Assembly (NCBI GenBank): GCA_965206595.1
Contig: OZ242214.1
Coordinates: 6,462,675 to 6,526,674, forward strand
Direction of reading: 5' to 3'
DNA length: 64,000 nt
Source: Candidatus Latescibacterota bacterium
Lineage (GTDB): Bacteria > Latescibacterota > UBA2968 > UBA8231
Shown: positions 47,253-56,248 of the stretch, piece by piece
How the letters are laid out: each line of letters opens with the position of its first letter
How positions within the stretch are numbered: position 1 is the stretch's first letter
Notes under the pieces: model-generated
The model's database searches: none
Seen by the model: the letters and a program-made list of their open reading frames with translations, nothing else
What the model was told of the DNA's origin: nothing
Translations under genes and position numbers: made by a program

Positions 47253-47684
47253 TTGTACCAGAAAGGCAAGAGCATGTTGCGCCGAGTTGTGCCGGCGGTG
47301 ATGGCCGGCCTCACGCTGCTCGCCGGCTGTGAGAAAGACCATCAGCCGGTCACCTCTTTCCATCAGAGCCTGGAGCCACCGGTCAGCGTGCAGGCGGCGT
47401 GGACGGGGACGGGCGAAGTGCGGGCAACGTGGGAGATGGAAGGCGCCGACGACCTGGTGCATGGGTTCGTCGTCACCCTCAGCCACCGCGGCAACCTCAT
47501 CTACGGGCGAGCGGTGGAGGGAGCCGAAGTGCGCAGCTTCACATCGAGCGGTTTCGACACGGACGATATCGCCGCCGATGGGGAGGGGACAGCCACCTGG
47601 CTGCTCGTCCGCGTTCGGGCCTACGACGAGAATCTCTTCCAGGGGCCGCCTTCCGAACCGGATTCTGTACAGGTAGGCTCCTGA
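47253..47684 (+). CDS. Small lipoprotein with fibronectin-type-III-like fold
   Basis: Lipobox LTLLAGC; the beta-strand pattern VRATWE...GFVVTL...TATWLLVRVRAYD suggests a single beta-sandwich domain (tentatively FN3-like). Confidence 0.45.
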   Translation: MYQKGKSMLRRVVPAVMAGLTLLAGCEKDHQPVTSFHQSLEPPVSVQAAWTGTGEVRATWEMEGADDLVHGFVVTLSHRGNLIYGRAVEGAEVRSFTSSGFDTDDIAADGEGTATWLLVRVRAYDENLFQGPPSEPDSVQVGS

Positions 47685-47696
47685 GCCCCGGCTGAA

Positions 47697-50600
47697 GTGC
47701 GAAACGCCGGATCCCTGGAACGGGACGACCCGCAACTCCCGCCGGCGAGGTTCCCATGGGCCCCGGCGGTGGCGCTGACCTCCATAGCCGCCTTCGCAAC
47801 GCTTCTCTACCTCTACTTCACCGATTTCCCGTTTTCGTTCCAGTCCTTTCCGGATGCCGCTGCTCCGCGCAGTGCCGTCGACGGCTCCGCCGCCGAGAGC
47901 CGCGTCGACCTCGAGCGCCTGCGGCGCACGATCGCGATCCTTTCCAGCTACTCCTCCCGCGTCAGCGGCTATCCGGGCGCTGACAGCGCCGCCACCTGGA
48001 TCGAAGATCAGTTCCACCGGGTCGGACTGCAGTCGGTGACCGCCATGCCGTTCGAGCTGCCGGTGCCGCTGGACCGGGGCGCGCGGCTGGTGGTGGAGCC
48101 AGAGGGGCCGACGGTCGAGCTGTTCTGCCTGTGGCCCAATCTGGTGCGCACGTCCACCCTGCCCCCGGGCGGCATCAGCGGCCAACTGGTCTACGGTGGC
48201 CATGGCGAGCTGTCGGCTTTCAACGGACTCGACATCGCCGGGCAGCTGGTGCTGATGGAGTTCGATTCCGGGATGAACTGGATCGAGGCCTTCGACCTGG
48301 GGGCAGCGGCGGTCCTCTTTCTGGAGCCCGAAACAGCGAACCGCGCCGAGGCCGAGCAGAAATTCCTCTCGGTGCCGGCCGATCTGCCGCGGTTCTGGGT
48401 GCCGCGCCGGGCGGGGGAGACCCTCAAGAAGCACCTGGGCAAGAGGGTCCATCTCTCGGCGCGCATGGAGTGGGCGAACGCTCAGGGACGCCACATCCTC
48501 GGTGTCGTGGAGGGGAGCGACCCGCAGCTCAGGGACCACGCCCTGGTGCTGGAGGCCTATTACGACGCCGCTTCGGTGGTGCCGGCCCAGGCTCCGGGCG
48601 CCGGGGCGGCCTCGGGTGTGGCGGTGCTGTTGGAGGTCGCCCGCGAGATGGCCGCCCAACCGCCGGCGCGCACCGTGGTTTTCGTCGCCAGCGGCGGTCA
48701 CTTCCAGGCGCTGATCGGCATGCGCCAGCTGGTGGCCCTGATGGACGGAGGGCAGGAAGGGCTGGCGCAGCGGCGGGAGCAGCTCACCGAGCGCCTGCAC
48801 CTGCTGGAGCAATTCACCGCTTTTCTGCAAGGTGGCGGCTCCCTGCCGGCGGCAACGGAGAGCCTCCCCAGCCGTCTCGTCGAGGAGCTGGCCGACAACG
48901 CTGCCCGCGTAGTGGCCCAGCAGGAAAACAGACTCGAAGGGCAGGTGGAGGAGGCCGAGCGCGTTCGCCTGAGGACCATGCTCGATGTGGCGCGCCCCCT
49001 GCGCTGGATCGAATCGACCGCGGAGATGGAGTCCCTGTTTCGCTCACCTGCCCTGGTGGAGGTGCTGCGCCAGCGTCAGGCGGAGGAGATCGGGGATCTC
49101 CGGCAACAGCTGACGGTCGTCGAGGGGCAGGGGCGGTTTCTGGCGGTGCTCGACCGCTACCGCCTGGATGCCTGCCTGGGATTGGATCTGTCGGCGGGCG
49201 GGGACCGCGTCGGTATCTTCGGGGGCGGCGGCTTCTATGATTTCGGGCCGGGCTGGGCCCACAACCGCAATACCCATGGCGATTCTCCGTTCTACGAACG
49301 GGTCATGGGGGCGGCGAAACGGGTCGAGGAGGGACTGGCCGCCGCCGGCTTCGGCGAACCGCCGCTGTTCTTCGACGGCATCCAGTTCGAGCGCGAGCGG
49401 CTGGCCCTGGGAGGCCATCACGAGCCCCTCCCATTCAACGGCGGTCCCCTGAACGCGTGGGGGTTTCTCACCGCGACCCTGGCCACGCTGGCAGACACCC
49501 GTTCCGCCTTCGACACGCCGCTGGATCGCGCCGCGGGGCTTGACCTTTCGCGCCTGGGCAGGCAGGCCGAGTTCCTCCTGCCGTTCCTGCGCGAAGCCGC
49601 AGACGATCCGCTGATCGCCATGATTGCCCGCGGCGAGTCCGATTTCTTCGGCTACGTAGAAGGCCGGACCGTCTACTTCGATCCGCACACCAGCTTCGTG
49701 CCGGACGCGCCGGTACCCCATACCCTGGTGCGCCTGCGCCTGCCGGCAAAGACCCTTGTCGGTGTGCGCACCGAGTTCCTGGCCATGGCCGATCGCCACG
49801 GCCGTTTCCGCATGCCCGGGGTCATCCGCGCAGCCTCTTTTTCAGGAATGGTGCCGATGAAGCTGGAAGCGTATCACCTCGACCCTGGCGATGGTTCAGT
49901 GGACTATGTCGCGGACCTGGGGGTCAACGGCGCCGAGCGCTACCCGCTGGAACTCGATTTGGACCGCAAGCGCAAAGAAGTCAGCGTCGTGCTTTTCGAG
50001 GCCGACGGGGTGAGCCTCTTCGAAGCGCTCGACTACCGCTATCTGGATGTGCTCAACAGTCTGTCCGTACTGGAGGAGGGCCGCGAGGTGCAGCCGGTTG
50101 AATTCGGTTACACCCTGCCACTGTATCCTTATAACGATCGTCAGGCGGGCGTCCGTTTCGATTACAATGCCAGATGGGTGCAAAAGAAGCTGGATTCGCT
50201 GGTCGAACCCTGCGTGGTGGTCTTCGCCCCACCCGGAACGCGGATGAAGATCGCCATGACCTGGGGATTCTACGGCATGGGCAACCGCTACCTGCTCCTC
50301 AACGGCTCGCCGGAAACAGCGATCGGCGAGGGTTTCGCCGTCTCCCGACAGACGCGCCTGACCCATACCGCCTATCAGGTGGCGCGGGACATCTGTCTGC
50401 TGAACGACAGCCGCATCGACAACCTGCAGCGGCACGGGGTGCGCAACGAGCGCCTGCGGAACCTGCACGACCAGGCGCTGGACTACCTGGAGGAGGCCGG
50501 GAAAGCGCTGGAGAAGAAGGAATACGATCGCTTCGGCGAGATGGCCCGCCGCTCCTGGACCTACGCCAGTCGAGCCTACCTCGATGTGCATGGCACGACC

Positions 50601-52706
50601 GGTGACGTGGTCAAGGGAGTGCTCTTCTATATGGCCCTGCTGATCCCCTTCGCCTACTTCGGCGAACGGCTGCTGCTGGCCGGGGCGACCATACGGCGGC
50701 AGCTGCTGGGACTGACGGCAGTCTTCCTGATGGCCTTCGGCATCCTGAGGTGGGTGCACCCGGCCTTCGATCTGACGCTCAACCCCGGCATCATCCTCCT
50801 CGGCTTCGTCATCTTCGGCCTCAGTGTACTGGTGATCCGAATCGGTCTGACCAAGATGCAGCAACAGATCCGGCGGGTGATGAGTCGCGTGGGCGGGGTG
50901 CACCGGGCGGATATGGATCGCTCGGGGGCCATATGGAGCGCCTTCGATCTGGGCATCAACAACATGCGACGCCGGCCGCTGCGCACCCTGCTCGCCATGT
51001 TGACGATCGTCCTGGTGACGTTCTCGGTGCTGGGCTTCACCTCGGTCAAGACCTTTCTGCGCTTCAACCAGGTACCGGCACGGGGCGCGGCCCACTACAA
51101 TGGACTTTTAGTGCGACAGGTGGGCTGGGCACCGGTGAACGAAAGGATCCATGCCGGCATCGCCAACCAGTACCGGGAGCAGACCGTAAGCCCCCGGGCC
51201 TGGTTCGACGGCACGGCGAAGGGAGTAGCAGGCGTCGCGCCGCAGAGCAGGGTGCGGGTCGAACGGCTGGACCGGCGTGACCGGGCGGGCACCGCGATGG
51301 CCGTCATCGGACTGACGGCGCAAGAGGCGGCCTTGACCGCCCCCCAGCGCGCCCTGTACGCCGGACGCTGGTTCGAGCCGGGCGAGGAGCAGGTATGCAT
51401 CCTGCCGCTGCGCCTGGCGCGCCTGCTGCGTATCGGGCCGGCCGACGTGGATATAACCCGGGTGGTGATCTCCGGGGAGATTTTCACGGTCGTAGGGCTG
51501 CTGGACGAAGGGCTGTTCGACAATCTGCTGGATCTCAGCAACGCCCCGTTGACGCCGCTGGATCCCGACGCCACACAGCCGACGGAGAAGACCGGGGGGG
51601 CCGCCGAGCGCGCCCTGTCGGGAGAAGAAGAGAGCTTCGTCCACCTGGCCGCCGAGCAGGCGATCGTCGTGCCCTACGCCGTGGCGCGCCGCTGGGGAGG
51701 AAGCATCCGCTCCGTCGCAATCGGCTTTGCCAGCGCTCAGGCCGTCGGCAAGGCGATCGAGGAATGGATGGCGGGGCTGGCGGTCAACATGACCGCCGGC
51801 ATCGATGGCAGACGCTACTTGCTGAACGCGGTGGATCTGCAGTCGGTGGGCGGTCTGAGCAACATCGTCATTCCGCTGGTCATCGGAGCCCTGATCGTGT
51901 TGAACACGATGCTGGGCTCGGTCTACGAACGGCGGGAGGAGATCAACACCTATACGGCGGTGGGGCTGTCGCCGCTCCATGTAGCCGGTCTGTTCATCGC
52001 CGAAGCGGCGGTGTATGCGAGTTTCGGAGCCGTGCTGGGCTACCTGACGGGCCAGCTTGTGTCGAAAGCGGTGTCTTCCTTCGACTGGGTATCCGGGGTT
52101 ACCCTCAACTATTCGTCGCTGTCGGTCGTCTACACCATCGCTCTGGTGATGGCGGTGGTGCTGCTCTCGAGCCTCTATCCGGCAACCCAGGCTTTCCGGG
52201 TCGCGGCATCGGCCGTGCAGCGCAAGTGGATCCTGCCGCCTGCGGTGGGAGACGAGCTGTCGATGACGATTCCGGTCACCGTCCGGCAGGCGGACGTGGC
52301 AGGCCTGATGGTCTACCTCACCGAATATTTCGCGCTGCATGAAGAGCAGACGGTGGGGGCCGCCTTTTACACCCGGGATGCCCGCTACGATCGCCTCGAC
52401 ACACCCGGCGGACCGGTGCACGAGGTCGGCGTGCGCGTCTGGGTGGCTCCCTTCGACCTGAATGTGAGTCAGTGGCTCAAGCTGGACGCCGTCCCCGGTC
52501 AGGAGGACATCTACGAGGTCAGGGTGCAGGCGCGCCGGGCTTCAGGCGAGCGCGAAAGCTGGCTGCGCAAGAACTATGCTTTCTTCAACGACCTGCGCAA
52601 GCAGTTCCTGATATGGCGCGCGATCGGCGACGAAACCCGGCAAAGCTACGAGGATCGCGCCCCCGGACTGGCCGGGCAGGATCCCCACGCGGTACTGGAA
52701 CTTTGA
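47697..52706 (+). CDS. Giant (1669 aa) fusion protein: N-terminal TM + PA/M28 peptidase-like domain, central region, and C-terminal MacB/FtsX-type permease (large periplasmic loop + FtsX 3-TM domain); no ATPase domain
   Basis: M28-like YYDAASVVP...ASGVAVLLEVAR...VVFVASGGHF. MacB-like TM1 NNMRRRPLRTLLAMLTIVLVTFSVLGF. FtsX domain VIPLVIGALIVLNTMLGSVYERREEINTYTAVGLSP...LSSLYPATQA. No Walker A motif found. Confidence 0.7.
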   Translation: MRNAGSLERDDPQLPPARFPWAPAVALTSIAAFATLLYLYFTDFPFSFQSFPDAAAPRSAVDGSAAESRVDLERLRRTIAILSSYSSRVSGYPGADSAATWIEDQFHRVGLQSVTAMPFELPVPLDRGARLVVEPEGPTVELFCLWPNLVRTSTLPPGGISGQLVYGGHGELSAFNGLDIAGQLVLMEFDSGMNWIEAFDLGAAAVLFLEPETANRAEAEQKFLSVPADLPRFWVPRRAGETLKKHLGKRVHLSARMEWANAQGRHILGVVEGSDPQLRDHALVLEAYYDAASVVPAQAPGAGAASGVAVLLEVAREMAAQPPARTVVFVASGGHFQALIGMRQLVALMDGGQEGLAQRREQLTERLHLLEQFTAFLQGGGSLPAATESLPSRLVEELADNAARVVAQQENRLEGQVEEAERVRLRTMLDVARPLRWIESTAEMESLFRSPALVEVLRQRQAEEIGDLRQQLTVVEGQGRFLAVLDRYRLDACLGLDLSAGGDRVGIFGGGGFYDFGPGWAHNRNTHGDSPFYERVMGAAKRVEEGLAAAGFGEPPLFFDGIQFERERLALGGHHEPLPFNGGPLNAWGFLTATLATLADTRSAFDTPLDRAAGLDLSRLGRQAEFLLPFLREAADDPLIAMIARGESDFFGYVEGRTVYFDPHTSFVPDAPVPHTLVRLRLPAKTLVGVRTEFLAMADRHGRFRMPGVIRAASFSGMVPMKLEAYHLDPGDGSVDYVADLGVNGAERYPLELDLDRKRKEVSVVLFEADGVSLFEALDYRYLDVLNSLSVLEEGREVQPVEFGYTLPLYPYNDRQAGVRFDYNARWVQKKLDSLVEPCVVVFAPPGTRMKIAMTWGFYGMGNRYLLLNGSPETAIGEGFAVSRQTRLTHTAYQVARDICLLNDSRIDNLQRHGVRNERLRNLHDQALDYLEEAGKALEKKEYDRFGEMARRSWTYASRAYLDVHGTTGDVVKGVLFYMALLIPFAYFGERLLLAGATIRRQLLGLTAVFLMAFGILRWVHPAFDLTLNPGIILLGFVIFGLSVLVIRIGLTKMQQQIRRVMSRVGGVHRADMDRSGAIWSAFDLGINNMRRRPLRTLLAMLTIVLVTFSVLGFTSVKTFLRFNQVPARGAAHYNGLLVRQVGWAPVNERIHAGIANQYREQTVSPRAWFDGTAKGVAGVAPQSRVRVERLDRRDRAGTAMAVIGLTAQEAALTAPQRALYAGRWFEPGEEQVCILPLRLARLLRIGPADVDITRVVISGEIFTVVGLLDEGLFDNLLDLSNAPLTPLDPDATQPTEKTGGAAERALSGEEESFVHLAAEQAIVVPYAVARRWGGSIRSVAIGFASAQAVGKAIEEWMAGLAVNMTAGIDGRRYLLNAVDLQSVGGLSNIVIPLVIGALIVLNTMLGSVYERREEINTYTAVGLSPLHVAGLFIAEAAVYASFGAVLGYLTGQLVSKAVSSFDWVSGVTLNYSSLSVVYTIALVMAVVLLSSLYPATQAFRVAASAVQRKWILPPAVGDELSMTIPVTVRQADVAGLMVYLTEYFALHEEQTVGAAFYTRDARYDRLDTPGGPVHEVGVRVWVAPFDLNVSQWLKLDAVPGQEDIYEVRVQARRASGERESWLRKNYAFFNDLRKQFLIWRAIGDETRQSYEDRAPGLAGQDPHAVLEL

Positions 52707-52714
52707 GCGCGACC

Positions 52715-54748
52715 ATGGCGGAAACGGAAAACGCCGATCGGAACGCCCGTGGCGGCGACGCGGGCGACCGCGGGCTGACGCTGCGATCGTTCCTGCTCGG
52801 GGTCGGGTCGATCACGCTGATCAGTCTGCTGTTACAGGAGGTGACGTTGGCGCTGGGCGGCCCCGACCTGAACGAGTGGGCGCCGGCGGCGGGCCCGGTC
52901 GTGCTGCTGGGTATGCTCGTGCTGCTGCTTCTGGGGTTGCGAGGCCTGCTGCCGTGGCTGCGGCTGAGTCGCGGCGAACTGGTCGTCATCTACTGCATGG
53001 CCTATGTGGGTTCCGTGCTGTCGGGAACCGGCCTGGTGCACCGGCTGCTCCCCGGCATGGTCACGAACCATTTCATGTACGCCGAACCGGGGACGTGGTA
53101 CTATCCTTTCCTGAAATACATCCCCACCTGGTTCGGTCCCGCCGCTGCCGATCCCGAGGCCGTGGACGAGTTTTTCGCGCCCACGGGCGCAGGCGTGCCC
53201 TGGGGGGCGTGGCTGCTGCCGCTGGCGGCCTGGTCGGTGCTGATCTGCAGTCTGTTCTTCGCCATGCTGTGCGTGGTTATTCTGCTGCGCCGGCAGTGGA
53301 CGGAGACCGAGAATCTCAATTTCCCGATAACACAGCTGCCACTGGCGCTCATCGGCGGCGACGCCGCGGGCGGCACCCTGGGTGGACTGCTGCGCCACCG
53401 ATTGATGTGGATCGGCTTTGCCGTCTCCGCGCTGCTCCTGGGGTATAACGGCCTGACCAACTACGTGCAGGCGTTGACCCCGGTGAGTCTTGAGCTGGCC
53501 TTCGCGAACTTTCTGGTGGAAAAGCCCTGGAGCGCCGTGACGCTGGAAACCATGGCGCCTTCCGACCCCTTCCTGTTTTCGGTCTCGCCGCTGATGATCG
53601 GTATCGCCTATCTGTTCCCGCTGAATACGCTGTTCAGCGTCTGGCTCTTTTACCTGCTCACCCGCCTGCAACTGCTCGGTGCGGAGCTGATTGGTCTGTC
53701 TCACATGACGGCCACGAATCGGCTCATGTTTTTTTCCGGCTCCAGGCAGTTTCCCTTCTTCGGCAGCCAGGCTCAGGGCGGCATCTACGTGCTTGTCATC
53801 TTCATGGTCTGGAGTGCCCGGTCGCATCTGCGGGAACTCATCGGCAAAGCCTTCAGCTTCCGGCATGGCAGCCAGGACCGGGAGGGGGAGGAGCCGTTCT
53901 CCGCGGGGTTCACGCTCTGGGGCCTGTCCGGTGCGCTGGTCGTCTGCATAATCTGGGCTCATATGGCGGGCATGAGCGTGGGGTCCGGACTTGCCTTTTT
54001 CGTGCTCTTTCTGCTCCTGGCGCTGGCCTTTGCCCGCATGCGCGCCGAAGCGGGAGTGCCGTTCACCTACGAGCTGCTGCCGGTACCGTTCCTGATCTAC
54101 ATGGCGACGGGCACCGGTCCCCGAATCTACTCCGCCTCCGACCATCAGATCTTCTCTCACCTGAACATGCTCTGCGCCAGTGGGTTCGGTATGTTGATGG
54201 TGATCCTCTTCGAATCGTACAAGATGGGGCAGGTCGCGGCCGTACCGGCGCGCCGCATGACCCTGGCGCTGGTGCTTGCTTTCGCACTGGGGCTGGTGAT
54301 CGCCTACTGGGCCTCGTTGACGGCGATCTACACCCACGGCCTGCAAGACATGGGGAGCGGCAACCAGTACGCCGCCCTAGCCTTCTACCAAGGTCGGGAG
54401 GTGCATCACACCGTGCACTGGGCACACAAATCACAGCCCGTGGCGTGGCTGAATTACGCCTTCGAAGGGATCGGTTTTGCGATCACCGCCAGCCTGGCCG
54501 TTCTGCGGCGGATGTTCTCGCACTGGCCGCTGCATCCGATCGGCTTCGTGGTCGGCACCGGGTTTGGCTACAAACTGTGGTCCTCTGTACTCATCGCCTG
54601 GGCGATCAAGTCGACGATGCTGCGCTACGGCGGGGTGCGCCTCTACCAGATGGCCATGCCGGCCTTTCTGGGGCTGGCCCTCGGACACCTGAGCATGGAG
54701 GTGTTCTGGGCGATCGTGGCGCTGGCGGTGGGTTCCGCCGGGGGGTAG
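52715..54748 (+). CDS. Large polytopic integral membrane protein of unknown function (paralog of 25311..27308)
   Basis: 678 aa, many TM segments; motifs shared with the first copy; immediately precedes the sulfatase gene. Confidence 0.65.
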   Translation: MAETENADRNARGGDAGDRGLTLRSFLLGVGSITLISLLLQEVTLALGGPDLNEWAPAAGPVVLLGMLVLLLLGLRGLLPWLRLSRGELVVIYCMAYVGSVLSGTGLVHRLLPGMVTNHFMYAEPGTWYYPFLKYIPTWFGPAAADPEAVDEFFAPTGAGVPWGAWLLPLAAWSVLICSLFFAMLCVVILLRRQWTETENLNFPITQLPLALIGGDAAGGTLGGLLRHRLMWIGFAVSALLLGYNGLTNYVQALTPVSLELAFANFLVEKPWSAVTLETMAPSDPFLFSVSPLMIGIAYLFPLNTLFSVWLFYLLTRLQLLGAELIGLSHMTATNRLMFFSGSRQFPFFGSQAQGGIYVLVIFMVWSARSHLRELIGKAFSFRHGSQDREGEEPFSAGFTLWGLSGALVVCIIWAHMAGMSVGSGLAFFVLFLLLALAFARMRAEAGVPFTYELLPVPFLIYMATGTGPRIYSASDHQIFSHLNMLCASGFGMLMVILFESYKMGQVAAVPARRMTLALVLAFALGLVIAYWASLTAIYTHGLQDMGSGNQYAALAFYQGREVHHTVHWAHKSQPVAWLNYAFEGIGFAITASLAVLRRMFSHWPLHPIGFVVGTGFGYKLWSSVLIAWAIKSTMLRYGGVRLYQMAMPAFLGLALGHLSMEVFWAIVALAVGSAGG

Positions 54749-54751
54749 GAC

Positions 54752-56227
54752 ATGAGCTCACCCCGCAACATCATCGTCGTCATGACCGACCAGCAGCGCC
54801 CGGACTTCATGGCCGGCGAGGGCTTTCCGCTGGATACCATGCCGCGCGTCGACGCCCTGTCGACGGAGGGCATCCGCTTCCGCAAGGCCTACACACCGGT
54901 CCCGCTGTGCCTGCCGGCCCGCTGCAGCTACCTGACGGGGCGCTTCCCGCGGGCCCACGGCGTCAAGGCCCACAGGATGGCAGAGCCCCGCTACGAGCGC
55001 GACCTGGTCGATGTTCTCAACAACGCCGGCTACACCACCGGGCTGGTGGGCAAGGACCACACCTATCGACAAGGGGCCCAGCGCGGGTTGTGCGGCCCCC
55101 CGGCCAGCCCCTACCACTTCCACCTGGGCGGCTGGTTCGTCGACGAGATGGCCCATCCCGATCCGGCCCTGCGCGACCGGCAGGAGGACTTCTGGCGTTG
55201 GATGCGCGAGCTTGCCCACGGAATCTCGGAGGAGCCGACGCCGTTTCCCGTGGGGTTGCTGCAGCCGGTCCGGGTGGTGGACGCGGCCATCGAGCTGCTC
55301 GAACAGATGCGCCGGGAGCCATTCTACCTGTTTCTCGGCTTCGACCCGCCGCACAGTCCCTACCAGGTACCCGAGCCGTATTTCAGCCTGTTCCCTCCCG
55401 ACGAGATCCCACCCCCGGCGGCGGGAAGGGAAGTCCTGGAAGGACGGAACTTCCAGTGGCGCTTCTCGCGGCGGCTGATCGAGGAGTACTGCCCGGATCC
55501 GGAGCGGCTGGTCCCCCGCTACCGGGCCAACTACTGCGGCATGCTGCGGTTGATCGACGATCAGGTGGGGCGACTGCTGGATTTCCTGGAACAGAGCGGC
55601 CTGAGCGAGAGCACGGTCGTGGTCTTCACCTCGGATCACTCCGATTACCTCGGCGACTACGGCCTGCAGCGCAAAGGGGTCGGACTGCCGGAGAATCTGG
55701 TGCGGATCCCGATGGTCTGGCGCGGGCCGGGGATCGTGCCGCGCTCTGAGGCCAGCATGGCGCACGTATCCCTGGTGGACGTGCTGCCGACACTGTGCGG
55801 CATGCTCGGGCTGGAGTCGCCCCAGGGGGTGCAGGGGAGGGACCTGTGGCCGCTGTTGAGTGGGGCCGGCGATGGGGCGGAGCTGGACTCGATGTACGCG
55901 GAAGCCGGGGTGGAGGGCCGGCCGTATGCAGCGGAGGACGAGCCGCCGCTGCACGGGGGAAGCTTCACCCTGAAGTCGGTGGAGACTTATTGCGAGCTCA
56001 ACGACGTCACCCAGACCGGCAAGTGGAAGATGGTGGTGAAGGGCGACTGGAAGCTGGTCGTGGATCCGTACGGCACGTGGGAGCTCTACGATCTGCGGGC
56101 CGATCCACACGAGCTGAGGAACCTGGCCGACGACGCGGCCCACAACGGCAGGCGGCAGGAGCTGGCCGAGGAACTGGTGCGCTGGGACATGCGGCTGGGG
56201 GATTCTCTTCCTGGGAGACGCAGATGA
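54752..56227 (+). CDS. Sulfatase (formylglycine-dependent arylsulfatase family)
   Basis: IIVVMTDQQRPD, CLPARCSYLTGR (C-x-P-x-R FGly motif), GKDHTY, VVVFTSDHSDYLGDYG. Confidence 0.85.
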   Translation: MSSPRNIIVVMTDQQRPDFMAGEGFPLDTMPRVDALSTEGIRFRKAYTPVPLCLPARCSYLTGRFPRAHGVKAHRMAEPRYERDLVDVLNNAGYTTGLVGKDHTYRQGAQRGLCGPPASPYHFHLGGWFVDEMAHPDPALRDRQEDFWRWMRELAHGISEEPTPFPVGLLQPVRVVDAAIELLEQMRREPFYLFLGFDPPHSPYQVPEPYFSLFPPDEIPPPAAGREVLEGRNFQWRFSRRLIEEYCPDPERLVPRYRANYCGMLRLIDDQVGRLLDFLEQSGLSESTVVVFTSDHSDYLGDYGLQRKGVGLPENLVRIPMVWRGPGIVPRSEASMAHVSLVDVLPTLCGMLGLESPQGVQGRDLWPLLSGAGDGAELDSMYAEAGVEGRPYAAEDEPPLHGGSFTLKSVETYCELNDVTQTGKWKMVVKGDWKLVVDPYGTWELYDLRADPHELRNLADDAAHNGRRQELAEELVRWDMRLGDSLPGRRR

Positions 56228-56248
56228 ACACGGGCCTGTCCGATCACC

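Noticed and set aside
47205-48830. Long minus-strand ORFs (541 aa here; likewise 17389..18792, 18420..20096, 20002..21408, 49044..52421 set, 52832..54346, 54758..56143, 24375..25730 +, 32332..34656 +, 56267..62793 + set) lying opposite well-supported genes
   Set aside because: High-GC genomes generate long stop-free antisense frames. These ORFs have low-complexity R/G/P/A-rich translations, no motifs, and each fully overlaps a gene with clear family signatures on the other strand.
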